Origin: Promethearchaeia archaeon
GTDB lineage: Archaea; Asgardarchaeota; Lokiarchaeia; Sigyniarchaeales; SOKP01
DNA: 64,000 bases
Assembly: GCA_029856045.1 (NCBI GenBank)
Contig: JAHQWG010000048.1
Coordinates: 31,298-95,297, forward strand
Direction: 5' to 3'
The translations under genes were made by a program, and so were the position numbers. The notes below the pieces were generated by a model. That model was not told the DNA's origin and searched no databases. It saw only the letters and a list, made by a program, of their open reading frames with translations. The stretch's first letter is position 1. The number at the start of each line of letters is the position of its first letter. Below, piece by piece: positions 1 through 9,024 of this stretch.

Positions 1-1445
1 AGGATTTAGCTTTAATGGGTATAGGAAAATTAATTTTAGTTGATATGGATAAAATTGAAACCTCAAATCTCTCAAGACAAATGTTATTTCATGCAGGAGA
101 TGAGGGGAGAACAAAAGTTGAGGTTGCTGCAGAGCGTTTAAAATTGATGGCTCCGTTTCTCGAAGTTGAGTATTATTTTGATAAATTACAAAATCTTCCA
201 ATGAAGGTGTATGAAGAATCGGATGTTATTATTGCTGCATTAGATAACGTTAGGGCAAGAATGGATTTAAACAAGATTGCTTTAAGATTAAAAAAACCAA
301 TGGTGGAGTCTGGTACGGTAGGATTTGAAGGTCATGTTCAAAACATTATCCCAAAAGGCTCAAATATAAAATTTCATAAGAGAGAAAAAGTTATAGATGA
401 AATAGTGCAAGAAAAATTATGGAATTTATCAGAAGAAGAATATACTGAATATTTTGCTGCTCAAGAAAGTATAGAAAAGCTTGAGGAGCGAATAGTTCTA
501 TTAAAATCTCAATTTATGGAGCCTGTTGTTGAAAAAGTACGAAAACAAGTTGAAAATGAGTTTGATGAAAAATATTCTGAAGATTATCTTGATCAAACAG
601 CTTGTTATAGGTGCCTAGTTCCTATTCCACCACCTGATGATAAATTAATTGCAGCATGCACATTAAAGGGTATTCCGAGAAATAGAAATCATTGTGTTTT
701 AAAAGCAGAGTTAAATTTTGAAAAGAAACATGGACGGATGCCAGATTTGGATAATGATGAGGATATATACAAATTAATGGAATTATCTCAAGAGGAATTA
801 AAATTATTACGAGAACGAGTTTTTAAGGAAAACGTCTCTGATGAGCAGTTATCAACATTATCAGAAGAAGAAATTCGAGAGTGGAAAATCAATATTCAAG
901 ATACATTCGGTCAAGATTATGTATTTGAAGATATGGAAAATATTTTAGGAAATAAAATCGCTGCCGTTCAGACAGTTAGTTCAATTATCGCAAGTATTCA
1001 GTCCCAAGAGGCATTAAAATTAATATTTAGAGCAAAGGGAAGAGATATTGGGCCCCCCATGGATCCTCCGTATGTTAATTATAGCGGAATTTATGGAATA
1101 TTCGAACAAGTCCCAGTGTTTAAGAGAAAAGATTGCATTGATTGTGGGGATATTGAAGGAGAGGAAAATGTTAGTATTGTGGTTCCATTTAATTCAAAGG
1201 TTAAAGATATTTTTAATGCACTAGATGTTTCTGGTTATAAATTCGATACCGAAAAGTGGATGATCACAAATTCAATGAATAAGGAGATTCTTTGGCACCC
1301 CTCAATTCCCACATTTAAAGATCCTGAAGCTCTATTACAAAGCTTAAAAATAACGAGTAATGACGTTGTAACACTCACACCTTTAAGTAAAGATGTAAGT
1401 AAATTAGAAATAAAGAAATATAACGTAATCGTTTCCTATTTATAA
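1..1445 (+). CDS. Ubiquitin-activating enzyme E1-like (ThiF/UBA family, Uba2/Uba3-like); 5'-truncated by window edge
   Basis: The frame is open to the window start (DLALMGIGK). It has the ThiF motif D.DKIETSNLSRQ, ALDNVRAR, two CxxC zinc motifs (CYRC, CIDC), a catalytic-Cys segment ACTLKGIPRNRNHC and a C-terminal ubiquitin-fold-like domain. Confidence 0.9.
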   Translation, partial: DLALMGIGKLILVDMDKIETSNLSRQMLFHAGDEGRTKVEVAAERLKLMAPFLEVEYYFDKLQNLPMKVYEESDVIIAALDNVRARMDLNKIALRLKKPMVESGTVGFEGHVQNIIPKGSNIKFHKREKVIDEIVQEKLWNLSEEEYTEYFAAQESIEKLEERIVLLKSQFMEPVVEKVRKQVENEFDEKYSEDYLDQTACYRCLVPIPPPDDKLIAACTLKGIPRNRNHCVLKAELNFEKKHGRMPDLDNDEDIYKLMELSQEELKLLRERVFKENVSDEQLSTLSEEEIREWKINIQDTFGQDYVFEDMENILGNKIAAVQTVSSIIASIQSQEALKLIFRAKGRDIGPPMDPPYVNYSGIYGIFEQVPVFKRKDCIDCGDIEGEENVSIVVPFNSKVKDIFNALDVSGYKFDTEKWMITNSMNKEILWHPSIPTFKDPEALLQSLKITSNDVVTLTPLSKDVSKLEIKKYNVIVSYL

Positions 1446-1461
1446 AACTTTCATTTATACT

Positions 1462-2085
1462 TCATTTTTTACTCCTTGCTTTCCTAATATTTGCAATGAA
1501 TTTATCAATCAAGTAAGTTTTTATTTTAGCATTTTTTCCTGCTTCCATATCAAACTCAGAATCTCCTACATAAATAGCTTGTTTGCTAGAAATATTAAAG
1601 TGTTTCAGAATTTTATAAAGACCTTCAGGATTAGGTTTCCATTCAACAACATCTTCTCTTCCTACAATATATTGGAATTTTCCCAAGAGATTTTGTTTAG
1701 TTAAAATAGAAAAAATTGTTGAGCGAAAGTTCAAAGAAAAAATTGCAAATTTTATATCTGAATTCAATCCCAACTCTTCTAAATTCTCGATAAAAAAAAC
1801 TATTTCTTCAAAGAATGAATATTCTTTTATATTTTCTCTTTCAAATTTTTCAATAGTTCGAATATAAGATTCAATTAAATCGGGATCTCCTCTCGCTACA
1901 ACTTTTTGTAAACCCAAAGTAATTCTGTTAAATGCTTGATCTTCTCCAAAATCATCCATATATTTATCACTAAGTAATTTACGCAAAGCATCCCAATCTA
2001 CATGTAGTTTTACAAGAGTTCCATCAAAATCAAAGACCACTACTCGCAAATCTTTTGGAAAATCCAATAATTCACTTAGCAACAT
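1462..2085 (-). CDS. HAD-family hydrolase (phosphoglycolate phosphatase-like)
   Basis: Motifs FDFDGTL, KPNPEG and VGDSEFD. Confidence 0.9.
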   Translation of the reverse strand: MLLSELLDFPKDLRVVVFDFDGTLVKLHVDWDALRKLLSDKYMDDFGEDQAFNRITLGLQKVVARGDPDLIESYIRTIEKFERENIKEYSFFEEIVFFIENLEELGLNSDIKFAIFSLNFRSTIFSILTKQNLLGKFQYIVGREDVVEWKPNPEGLYKILKHFNISSKQAIYVGDSEFDMEAGKNAKIKTYLIDKFIANIRKARSKK

Positions 2086-2194
2086 TTAATATTTTAATTA
2101 TTATTTTTTTATTCATTTATTATTTTGTAGGATTAATTTTTAAAAGGAAAAAAAAGAAAAAGGAAGTCATTAAAGATATTTCTATAAAAAATTC

Positions 2195-2704
2195 CTAATC
2201 CATTGCGTATTTTTTCGTCCAGTTCTCTGCTTTCTTATCAAATTTCGATTTTTGTTTAAAATATTGCTCTCCTGCTTCATGATTTAAAGGATCGCCGGGA
2301 TTAAAAAATGGTGGTTCCACATGCATCATTCCCTTCAATGCTTCGACAATATTTGTTAATGTTTTAGAAGGAGTCCACCCCGAAGCCCCAGTAGAGGCAT
2401 CAACCTTACCGACTAGATCGGGATTAATAAGATCAAGACAAATATTCAATTTTCCTGGTGGAATTGAAGAGTCGATATTAGGATGCCACATTAAAGTATG
2501 AGCATATACATATGGAGGTGCAAAAGGATAGTTCTCGGGCATTTTTATCTCGAATAAAAATTTACCTCCTGAATACGGAATTCCTGGCTTTCCTATTATT
2601 GAAAGCCTAAGGTGGTCTATTGATCTTCCCCAAGGTTCGATAATAACGAATTGATTATCTTTAAATGCCTCAAGCGCCTCTGCATAATCAGTTTCTTCTC
2701 TAAT
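2195..2704 (-). CDS. Ubiquitin-conjugating enzyme E2 (UBC fold), probable ATT start at 2704
   Basis: YPFAPP, HPNI, catalytic ICLDLI, WTPS, DPLN. The frame stays open 54 codons upstream of the track ATG (2542) and encodes the conserved core (IIGKPGIPYSGGKFLFEIK). An in-frame TAA follows an AGGTG RBS and there is no NTG start. Confidence 0.9.
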   Translation of the reverse strand: MREETDYAEALEAFKDNQFVIIEPWGRSIDHLRLSIIGKPGIPYSGGKFLFEIKMPENYPFAPPYVYAHTLMWHPNIDSSIPPGKLNICLDLINPDLVGKVDASTGASGWTPSKTLTNIVEALKGMMHVEPPFFNPGDPLNHEAGEQYFKQKSKFDKKAENWTKKYAMD

Positions 2705-2849
2705 TTTTTACACCTAATAAGTTTAATTGTAATCTCAATTTAAAATTAAATTAAAAATAATTATGTTAAGTAATTTTATAATATTAGAATATAGTTAAAA
2801 ATGTATTTAATATATAAACATGCTAATTTTTTTGCAAAATTTTCTAAAT

Positions 2850-4249
2850 TCGGACCCTTACGCGAGTTAAATTGTCATTATTCTTTATAGAATAATAATT
2901 GTGAATCTAACTCAAAAAATTCGAATATTTCCCTCAAAGAATCAAAAACTGATTCTGTGGGATTTGTCGGAAAAATGTCGATTAATATATAATTTTGCGT
3001 TAGCTGAAAGAATAGAAAATTGGAATAAAAACAAATATAAGCCAAAAGACGACAAAAAATATATATCTTATTTAGAGCAACAAAATAAATTAACTTTACT
3101 TAAAAAGAAATATCCTGAATATAAATGGGTTTATTCTAAAGTTTTACAAATGATATTGAAAAGACTCAACTCTGATTATAAATCGTTTTTTACGAAATGG
3201 ATAAATGGAGATAAACAAGCTCGACCACCTAAATTTAAATCAAAAAAAAGATTTACAACAATCTGTTATAATCAGAGTGGTTTCAAATTAGAAAAGAAAG
3301 TGATACAATTTTCGCATAAACACCCTTCAAAAATTCCATTAATATTTTCTCTTAAATATCCTTATTGTGCTGTTGAAATTGTTAAACAGGTGGAAATTTT
3401 TAAAGATTTCCAAAATCGATGGTTTATTTCTATTACATATGAAGTTCAAGCACTAAAATACAAAGATAACGGGCTATATCAAGCAATTGATTTAGGAGTT
3501 TCAAATATTGTATCTGCGGTGAATTTGCACTCTAAATTTATTCAAATTAAAAATAAAAGAGCAGATCTCTATTGGAAAAAGAAAATAGAAAGCATTCAAT
3601 CAAGGCGAGACCACTGTAAAAAATATAGTAAAAAGTGGAGAAAATATCATTACAAATTCAGGAAGATGCATCAAAAGTGTGCTTATCAAATGCGTGATTT
3701 TCAACATAAAATTTCAAAACATATTGTGACACATACCAAAGCAAATACAATAATTGTCGGAGACCTAAATGTGAAAGAGATGGCTAAAAAGAAAAAATCT
3801 ATGGGAAATGCTCAAAAAAATAAAGCTAACAAAACTTTAAACTATTCTGTTAACAATACGGGATCGTTGGGTCGTTTTGTCGAATTCTTAATTTACAAGG
3901 CGAGACTTGTAGGGAAAAGAGTTATAAGAATTGACGAATCGTATACTACTCAACGATGTTCAATTTGTGGAAAGCTTAAAAAAAGAAATCTTTCCGAAAG
4001 AATTATTCAATGCGATTGTGGAAATTATCTTGATCGTGATCTTAATTCTGTGATCAACATTATGATTAAATTTTTGAAACATAAGCATTGTTACGTATTC
4101 CTATCGCATCAACCCTCCTTGAACGAGGAATCCTTTCTACAAAAAAAGGATTTGCTACGATACACAGCCCCATCCGTAGTAAAAGTGATGGCGGACTCGT
4201 AGTGATACTAAAAAATTAGAAATATTTACTAATTTTTCAGTAAGTTCAA
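2850..4249 (+). mobile_element. IS200/IS605-family, tnpB-only (IS1341-like) element; left boundary approximate
   Basis: tnpB ORF with no tnpA. Subterminal hairpin at 4207-4241 (ACTAAAAAATTAG/CTAATTTTTCAGT) followed by TTCAA, a typical right end. A hairpin ATTATTCT-TTAT-AGAATAAT lies just before the start. Confidence 0.65.
2901..4202 (+). CDS. tnpB: RNA-guided endonuclease TnpB
   Basis: HTH_OrfB N-terminus (KIRIFP...CRLIYNFAL), RuvC-I AIDLG, RuvC-II region IIVGDL...IDESYTT, zinc finger CSICG...CDCG, RuvC-III DRDLN. Confidence 0.95.
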   Translation: MNLTQKIRIFPSKNQKLILWDLSEKCRLIYNFALAERIENWNKNKYKPKDDKKYISYLEQQNKLTLLKKKYPEYKWVYSKVLQMILKRLNSDYKSFFTKWINGDKQARPPKFKSKKRFTTICYNQSGFKLEKKVIQFSHKHPSKIPLIFSLKYPYCAVEIVKQVEIFKDFQNRWFISITYEVQALKYKDNGLYQAIDLGVSNIVSAVNLHSKFIQIKNKRADLYWKKKIESIQSRRDHCKKYSKKWRKYHYKFRKMHQKCAYQMRDFQHKISKHIVTHTKANTIIVGDLNVKEMAKKKKSMGNAQKNKANKTLNYSVNNTGSLGRFVEFLIYKARLVGKRVIRIDESYTTQRCSICGKLKKRNLSERIIQCDCGNYLDRDLNSVINIMIKFLKHKHCYVFLSHQPSLNEESFLQKKDLLRYTAPSVVKVMADS

Positions 4250-4270
4250 TAATACATCTCGATTTTTATT
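4090..4270 (+). ncRNA. Predicted omegaRNA (reRNA) of TnpB; scaffold overlaps the ORF 3' end and the guide starts at about 4250
   Basis: Established TnpB architecture. The ORF 3' tail is GC-richer and is followed by the right-end hairpin and TCAA. Boundaries are inferred. Confidence 0.5.
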
Positions 4271-4384
4271 AATAAATCTTTTTAATAAATTTTTAGTTTA
4301 GTTAATTTCCTTACCATTTAATTTAATGGACCAATGAAATATTTTTAAGAATATATTTAATAAATAGCTTAGTATTATTACCAA

Positions 4385-4831
4385 TTGGTTAATATGGGAA
4401 AAGAATTACCTAAGGAACATTTAAAGGAAAGAATTTTAAAATTTTTGAATAAGAGGAAGGTTTTAGTCTTATGCACATGCAATAACAATATTCCTCGCGC
4501 AACTCCGCTTGATTTCTACAATGATGGATTAGACATATATATGACACCTGCAGGTGGAGCGAAAGTTAAAAATCTAAAAGTGAACCCTATAGCAAGTATA
4601 GGAATATATACACCACTGTCCGAAGGTGAGATTCAAGGATTGCAAATAACATCAACTAAAATAAGATTTATTTATCCTGAGGATGATGATTATGAACATG
4701 CGAGAAAGATTGTTAAAAGGAAAGCTAAAATGTTTTTGAAGATAATTCCTGAAAAAATCGATTATTTAGATTATTCTTTAAGTAAAGAGGGATATTCAAG
4801 GTTTCAAGTTTTAGAACTGAAGGTAGATTAG
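4385..4831 (+). CDS. Pyridoxamine 5'-phosphate oxidase-like flavin/F420-binding split-barrel protein
   Basis: VLCTCNNNIPRATP...KVKNLKVNP pattern. The real start may be the ATG at 4394. Confidence 0.8.
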   Translation: MVNMGKELPKEHLKERILKFLNKRKVLVLCTCNNNIPRATPLDFYNDGLDIYMTPAGGAKVKNLKVNPIASIGIYTPLSEGEIQGLQITSTKIRFIYPEDDDYEHARKIVKRKAKMFLKIIPEKIDYLDYSLSKEGYSRFQVLELKVD

Positions 4832-4951
4832 AAGAAGTAAATCTTGGATTATTATCTATAAATATTTTTTAAGCTAAGTTTTATAAAAGACTTATAAACT
4901 GACAAAAATTAAGTATTTTATAATTTTTTAAAAAAAATGGTTTATTAAAAA

Positions 4952-6301
4952 TTGGTTACAAAAATTGTAGTCATTGGAATGGGATATGTTGGAATTCCTA
5001 TGGCAGTACTTTTAGCGGATATTGAAGATTTTCAAGTCTTAGGAATACAACGTCGCTCAGAAAGGTCTGGTTGGAAAATTGATTACCTTAATGCTGGAAA
5101 GAATCCATTCGAGGGTGAAGAACCTGGGCTCGATAAATTAATTGCCAGAGTAGTAAAAAATAAAAAATTTCGGGTTATTGATGATTATTCAGTTTGTAAG
5201 AATGCAGATTATATTTTAATTGATGTTCAAACTCCCGTAGATGCAAAAAAGATACCTCGTTATGAATCCTTAAAAAAAGTTTCAGAAAATATATCGAAAA
5301 ATTTATCCAAAGGGACTACTATAATAATTGAATCAACTGTAGCTCCTGGAACAACCGATTATTTTGTAAAACCAATTTTGGAAGAGGGAAGTGGTTTAGA
5401 AAGGGGTAAAGACTTCTATCTGGTATTTTCATTTGAAAGACTAATGCCTGGAGCGTTAATTGATTATATTGTGAATATGCCAAGAGTAATTGGTGGAGGC
5501 TGTGAAGAAGCAAATAAGCGAGCATTAGCATTATATAGTCGCGTGATAAAATCTGAACTTCATTTTACAGATACATTGACCGCAGAATTAACTAAAGTTA
5601 TAGAAAACACATATAGAGATATTAATATCGCATTTTCAAACGAAATGGCATTATTATGCGAAGATTTTAATCGAAATATTTTTGAAATTATCAATCTTAT
5701 CAATATGAGAAAAGATAGAATGATGCATATACCTGGTTCAGGCGTTGGAGGTCATTGTTTGACGAAAGATCCATGGTTATTAGTTCATGGACATGATAAA
5801 TACACAGAAAAGAAGTATTGTACAAAAATGGTGCCACTCTCAAGAAAAGTTAATGAATTTATGCCAGTTCATACAAGTGAGTTGCTTAATGAAGCTTTTA
5901 TGGAAGCAGGAATAAAAGAAAACCCTTTTAAAATTGCAATTTTAGGAGTTGCATATAAAGCAGATTGTGATGATACCAGAAATACTCCCGTAGTATCGAT
6001 TGTTGAAAAGGTTAGACGTCTATTTTCATATAATAAAATCGAAATCATTGCTCATGATCCATATGTTAAAACGAAGGACTATAATAATTCGGAATTGACA
6101 AGAGATCTTGATAAAGCAGTAACGGATGCTGATGGAATAATTATCGCTACAAATCATAGTATGTATAAACATTTAGATTTAGATGACATCAGAAAGAAAA
6201 TGAGGCATCCCGTAATTATTGATGGTCGCAATATTCTTACAAAAAAAGAATGCCAAGACCATGGTTTTATCTATAGAAAAGTCGGAGAAGGACCAAATTA
6301 A
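4952..6301 (+). CDS. Nucleotide-sugar dehydrogenase (UDP-ManNAc/UDP-GlcNAc dehydrogenase, WecC-like)
   Basis: IGMGYVG Rossmann motif, ESTVAPGTT, GVGGHC catalytic Cys, GVAYKADCDDTRNTP. Confidence 0.9.
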   Translation: MVTKIVVIGMGYVGIPMAVLLADIEDFQVLGIQRRSERSGWKIDYLNAGKNPFEGEEPGLDKLIARVVKNKKFRVIDDYSVCKNADYILIDVQTPVDAKKIPRYESLKKVSENISKNLSKGTTIIIESTVAPGTTDYFVKPILEEGSGLERGKDFYLVFSFERLMPGALIDYIVNMPRVIGGGCEEANKRALALYSRVIKSELHFTDTLTAELTKVIENTYRDINIAFSNEMALLCEDFNRNIFEIINLINMRKDRMMHIPGSGVGGHCLTKDPWLLVHGHDKYTEKKYCTKMVPLSRKVNEFMPVHTSELLNEAFMEAGIKENPFKIAILGVAYKADCDDTRNTPVVSIVEKVRRLFSYNKIEIIAHDPYVKTKDYNNSELTRDLDKAVTDADGIIIATNHSMYKHLDLDDIRKKMRHPVIIDGRNILTKKECQDHGFIYRKVGEGPN

Positions 6302-6386
6302 TCCTAACTTCTCTTTTTAGAAAAACTAAAAAATAAATATTAATTTACACATATTAATTGATATTTGTTGGAAAAAATTATAACAA

Positions 6387-6518
6387 CCCCTGGTAGCTCA
6401 GTGGTAGTAGCGCACGGCTGTAGATTTTTATCGCGTATTGAGAAAAAGATCAATGAAAATACGTCAGCTAAAGCGAATAGATACCGTGTGGTCGCTGGTT
6501 CAAATCCGGCCCAGGGGA
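6387..6518 (+). tRNA. tRNA-Tyr(GTA) with a 59-nt intron at 37/38 (6424-6482)
   Basis: Acceptor CCCCTGG/CCAGGGG-A, anticodon stem CACGG/CCGTG, T arm GCTGG-TTCAAAT-CCGGC. BHB helix CTGT/ATAG with bulges AGA and ATA. Confidence 0.95.
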
Positions 6519-6556
6519 CTTTCTATTTTTTTTTATTTTTAGAAAACTTAGAAAAT

Positions 6557-7645
6557 TTAAAGCTTTTCAGTTGATTTCTCCCATTTTTTAAATTCTGAGT
6601 CAAGTGTTGCGATAAAATCATCTGTTTTATCTACATCGAACTCTATTATATCTTTATCAATTTTAAAATTAAATTCCTCAGCCCAATCAAAAATAAAGTC
6701 CCATAGATCGCTTTCTTTCATCTTAAGAACCTCAGCCATCCGAGATACCTCCAATCGCCGTGATACTCTAACTATTGTCGCCAACTTTGCTAGCCTTTGT
6801 TGTTGTAGCTGCTCTTGTTGTTGTTCTTCCGTGATGGGTTGTAATTTTTCTGGAACTGCTTTTATTTCTTTTTCCATTGGTGTGATGGGTTGTAATTTTT
6901 CTGGAACTGCTTTTATTTCTTTTTTAGTCGGTCTAAATTTATATAAGCTTATCGTAACAACAATATATCCGCACCAAGTGATTTGTATTGGAAACATATA
7001 GTAAAACCTTAAAATACCTGTTGTGATTATTAATAATATGCATCCAAGTATCCCAAATACAATAGAACTATTTACTTTTAACAATTGTGCAAATAAAATT
7101 GAGAGAAAAATGAAAAGGGGGCTACTCCATAAAAGAATGAGATAGAAAAAAGAATAGGGGGCTACTCCATAAAACACTGTTAGTATAAAAATTATAAGAA
7201 AGATTAAATGAATTAATCCTATCCTGCGAAATATTCGTTTGTATTTTTCCTGAATAACCGAATATGTTAATGTATCCTTTAATTCCATCAATTTATATAA
7301 ATATAAGTTAATTGTAACCAAATAAAAACCAACAAATAAAGGTAATAATACTACATCAGCAGAACCAAAAAAAGCATCACCAATAATCAGGTTAATTCCA
7401 ATTCCAATACATCCAAGTGCCCCTGATACTATAGCTTTATTTACTCTTGTAAAAAAAGCAAATATAATTGAAAGAAAAATAAAAAAAAGACCTTGCCAGC
7501 CACCATAAACGAAAAGCATATATCCCCCTCCAGGTGGGATTGGTAAAAACGCGACTATTATAAAAAATATAATAACGATTAAATGTTTTAATCCAATGTT
7601 GCGAAACTTCTGTTTATTTTTCTCATTATCCAATAAATTTCTCAC
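6557..7645 (-). CDS. Polytopic membrane protein (two internal 4-TM repeats) with a C-terminal winged-helix/PCI-like cytoplasmic domain
   Basis: Repeated FR.IGL.HLI TM blocks and a C-terminal LEVSRMAEVLKM...WAEEFNFKID segment. The likely start is TTG at 7633 after GGTGA. Confidence 0.7.
   Translation of the reverse strand: MRNLLDNEKNKQKFRNIGLKHLIVIIFFIIVAFLPIPPGGGYMLFVYGGWQGLFFIFLSIIFAFFTRVNKAIVSGALGCIGIGINLIIGDAFFGSADVVLLPLFVGFYLVTINLYLYKLMELKDTLTYSVIQEKYKRIFRRIGLIHLIFLIIFILTVFYGVAPYSFFYLILLWSSPLFIFLSILFAQLLKVNSSIVFGILGCILLIITTGILRFYYMFPIQITWCGYIVVTISLYKFRPTKKEIKAVPEKLQPITPMEKEIKAVPEKLQPITEEQQQEQLQQQRLAKLATIVRVSRRLEVSRMAEVLKMKESDLWDFIFDWAEEFNFKIDKDIIEFDVDKTDDFIATLDSEFKKWEKSTEKL
6831..6924. 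repeat. Exact tandem duplication with a 51-nt period (KEIKAVPEKLQPIT x2) in the linker
   Basis: GTGATGGGTTGTAATTTTTCTGGAACTGCTTTTATTTCTTTTT occurs at 6831 and 6882. Confidence 0.95.
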
Positions 7646-8022
7646 CGAATAATTTAAATTATTAATTAATCCTTTCTGATCAATTATAATATTTGATTAT
7701 ATCAAATTTAATTTATTCCAAATCTGTATAAATATTTTTTAAAAATTTATGTAGCAAACCATATAGCGAATTAAGTGGAATTGATATTATTTACTCAGTT
7801 ATTAATAATTAATATTTCCATAGGGAGCAAGGATGCCCTAATATTTCTAACAATTTTTATATTGATATTGCCCAATTCTTAGAAGTTAATGGAATTCTTA
7901 TTTAATTTTAAGGATTAAACTTTTTATGAGTTAAATTTCTGCGCAAATTTTATTTTCTTTAATAATAATACTTTATAATAATCTAAATTTGCTAATCTTA
8001 AAAAAAAAAATTAGGAGCAAAC

Positions 8023-8955
8023 TTGCTAAAAAACAATGATAAGATTGATATAAACGATTTAGAAATCAATCCTTTATTACAACAACTTAGGGAAAACCCT
8101 ATTGCAGGGAATGGAGAAAATCATTATTTCACAAGTTTTGATGGGGCAAAAATTTTTTATCGAGTTTGGAGACCGATTATTAAGATAAATAAGATTTTAA
8201 TTGTAAGTCATGGGATGGGGGGACATGGAGAGTTTTTTGTGCTCTTGGCGGATAAAGTATTTAATGAAGGAATTATGGTTATCGCTCCAGATTACAGGAA
8301 TCATGGTCATTCGGATGGAAAAAAAGGAGATTTAAAGAGATTTAATTATATTTTACAAGATCTTCATGAATTCATAAATTATATTTCTGAGCAATATCCA
8401 GATACGCCAATTTATTTGTTGGGAGAAAGCATGGGCGGTGCAGTCAATATAAATTATGTAGCAGAATACCCTGAAAATTTAACTGGAATGATTTTATTTT
8501 CTCCAGCTGTGAAAATAGAATTTTCACTAAAGAGAAGAATATTATTGATACTTATTGCACTACCTTTACTAATTTTAAGAATTTTTGCACCAAGTTCAAG
8601 TATAATTGGCGCAAGAGGAAGTGAGGATGAGGGAATTAGGAACCCCATTCATCAACAATATGATAAAACAGATCCAAATCATTTAAAAAAGATATCAGCA
8701 CGATATTTAATTCAACTTTTAAAATATATTCGCAAATCAGTCTCAAAGGCTTCAAAAATAAATATTCCTACTGTAATTTTTCAAGGAACATCAGATGTGG
8801 AAGTTTCACAAGAGGGGGTTTCTAAATTTTTTGAAAGACTAAATTCAGATATGAAAGAGTTGTATTTAATTGAGGGAGGTTATCATTGTCTTTTGACAGA
8901 TCCAGATTTTCAAGATAAATGGCATATTTTAATTGAATGGTTAAAAAAGCATTAG
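8023..8955 (+). CDS. Alpha/beta hydrolase, lysophospholipase/monoglyceride lipase family
   Basis: HGMGGH, DYRNHGHSDG, nucleophile GESMGG, GYH. Confidence 0.9.
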   Translation: MLKNNDKIDINDLEINPLLQQLRENPIAGNGENHYFTSFDGAKIFYRVWRPIIKINKILIVSHGMGGHGEFFVLLADKVFNEGIMVIAPDYRNHGHSDGKKGDLKRFNYILQDLHEFINYISEQYPDTPIYLLGESMGGAVNINYVAEYPENLTGMILFSPAVKIEFSLKRRILLILIALPLLILRIFAPSSSIIGARGSEDEGIRNPIHQQYDKTDPNHLKKISARYLIQLLKYIRKSVSKASKINIPTVIFQGTSDVEVSQEGVSKFFERLNSDMKELYLIEGGYHCLLTDPDFQDKWHILIEWLKKH

Positions 8956-9024
8956 TAAAGGATTATTTATTATTTGTTATTTGACTATCTAAGACTAGAT
9001 GTTAAAAAAAAATTGATTTTCGAA

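Noticed and set aside
4250-4270. TnpB guide targeting a site in this window (domesticated regulator)
   Set aside because: No convincing match was seen by eye. The nearest, CTCGATTTTT near 62181, is too short; a genome-wide search is needed.
6365-6574. 69-aa ORF in the track
   Set aside because: It overlies tRNA-Tyr and is spurious.
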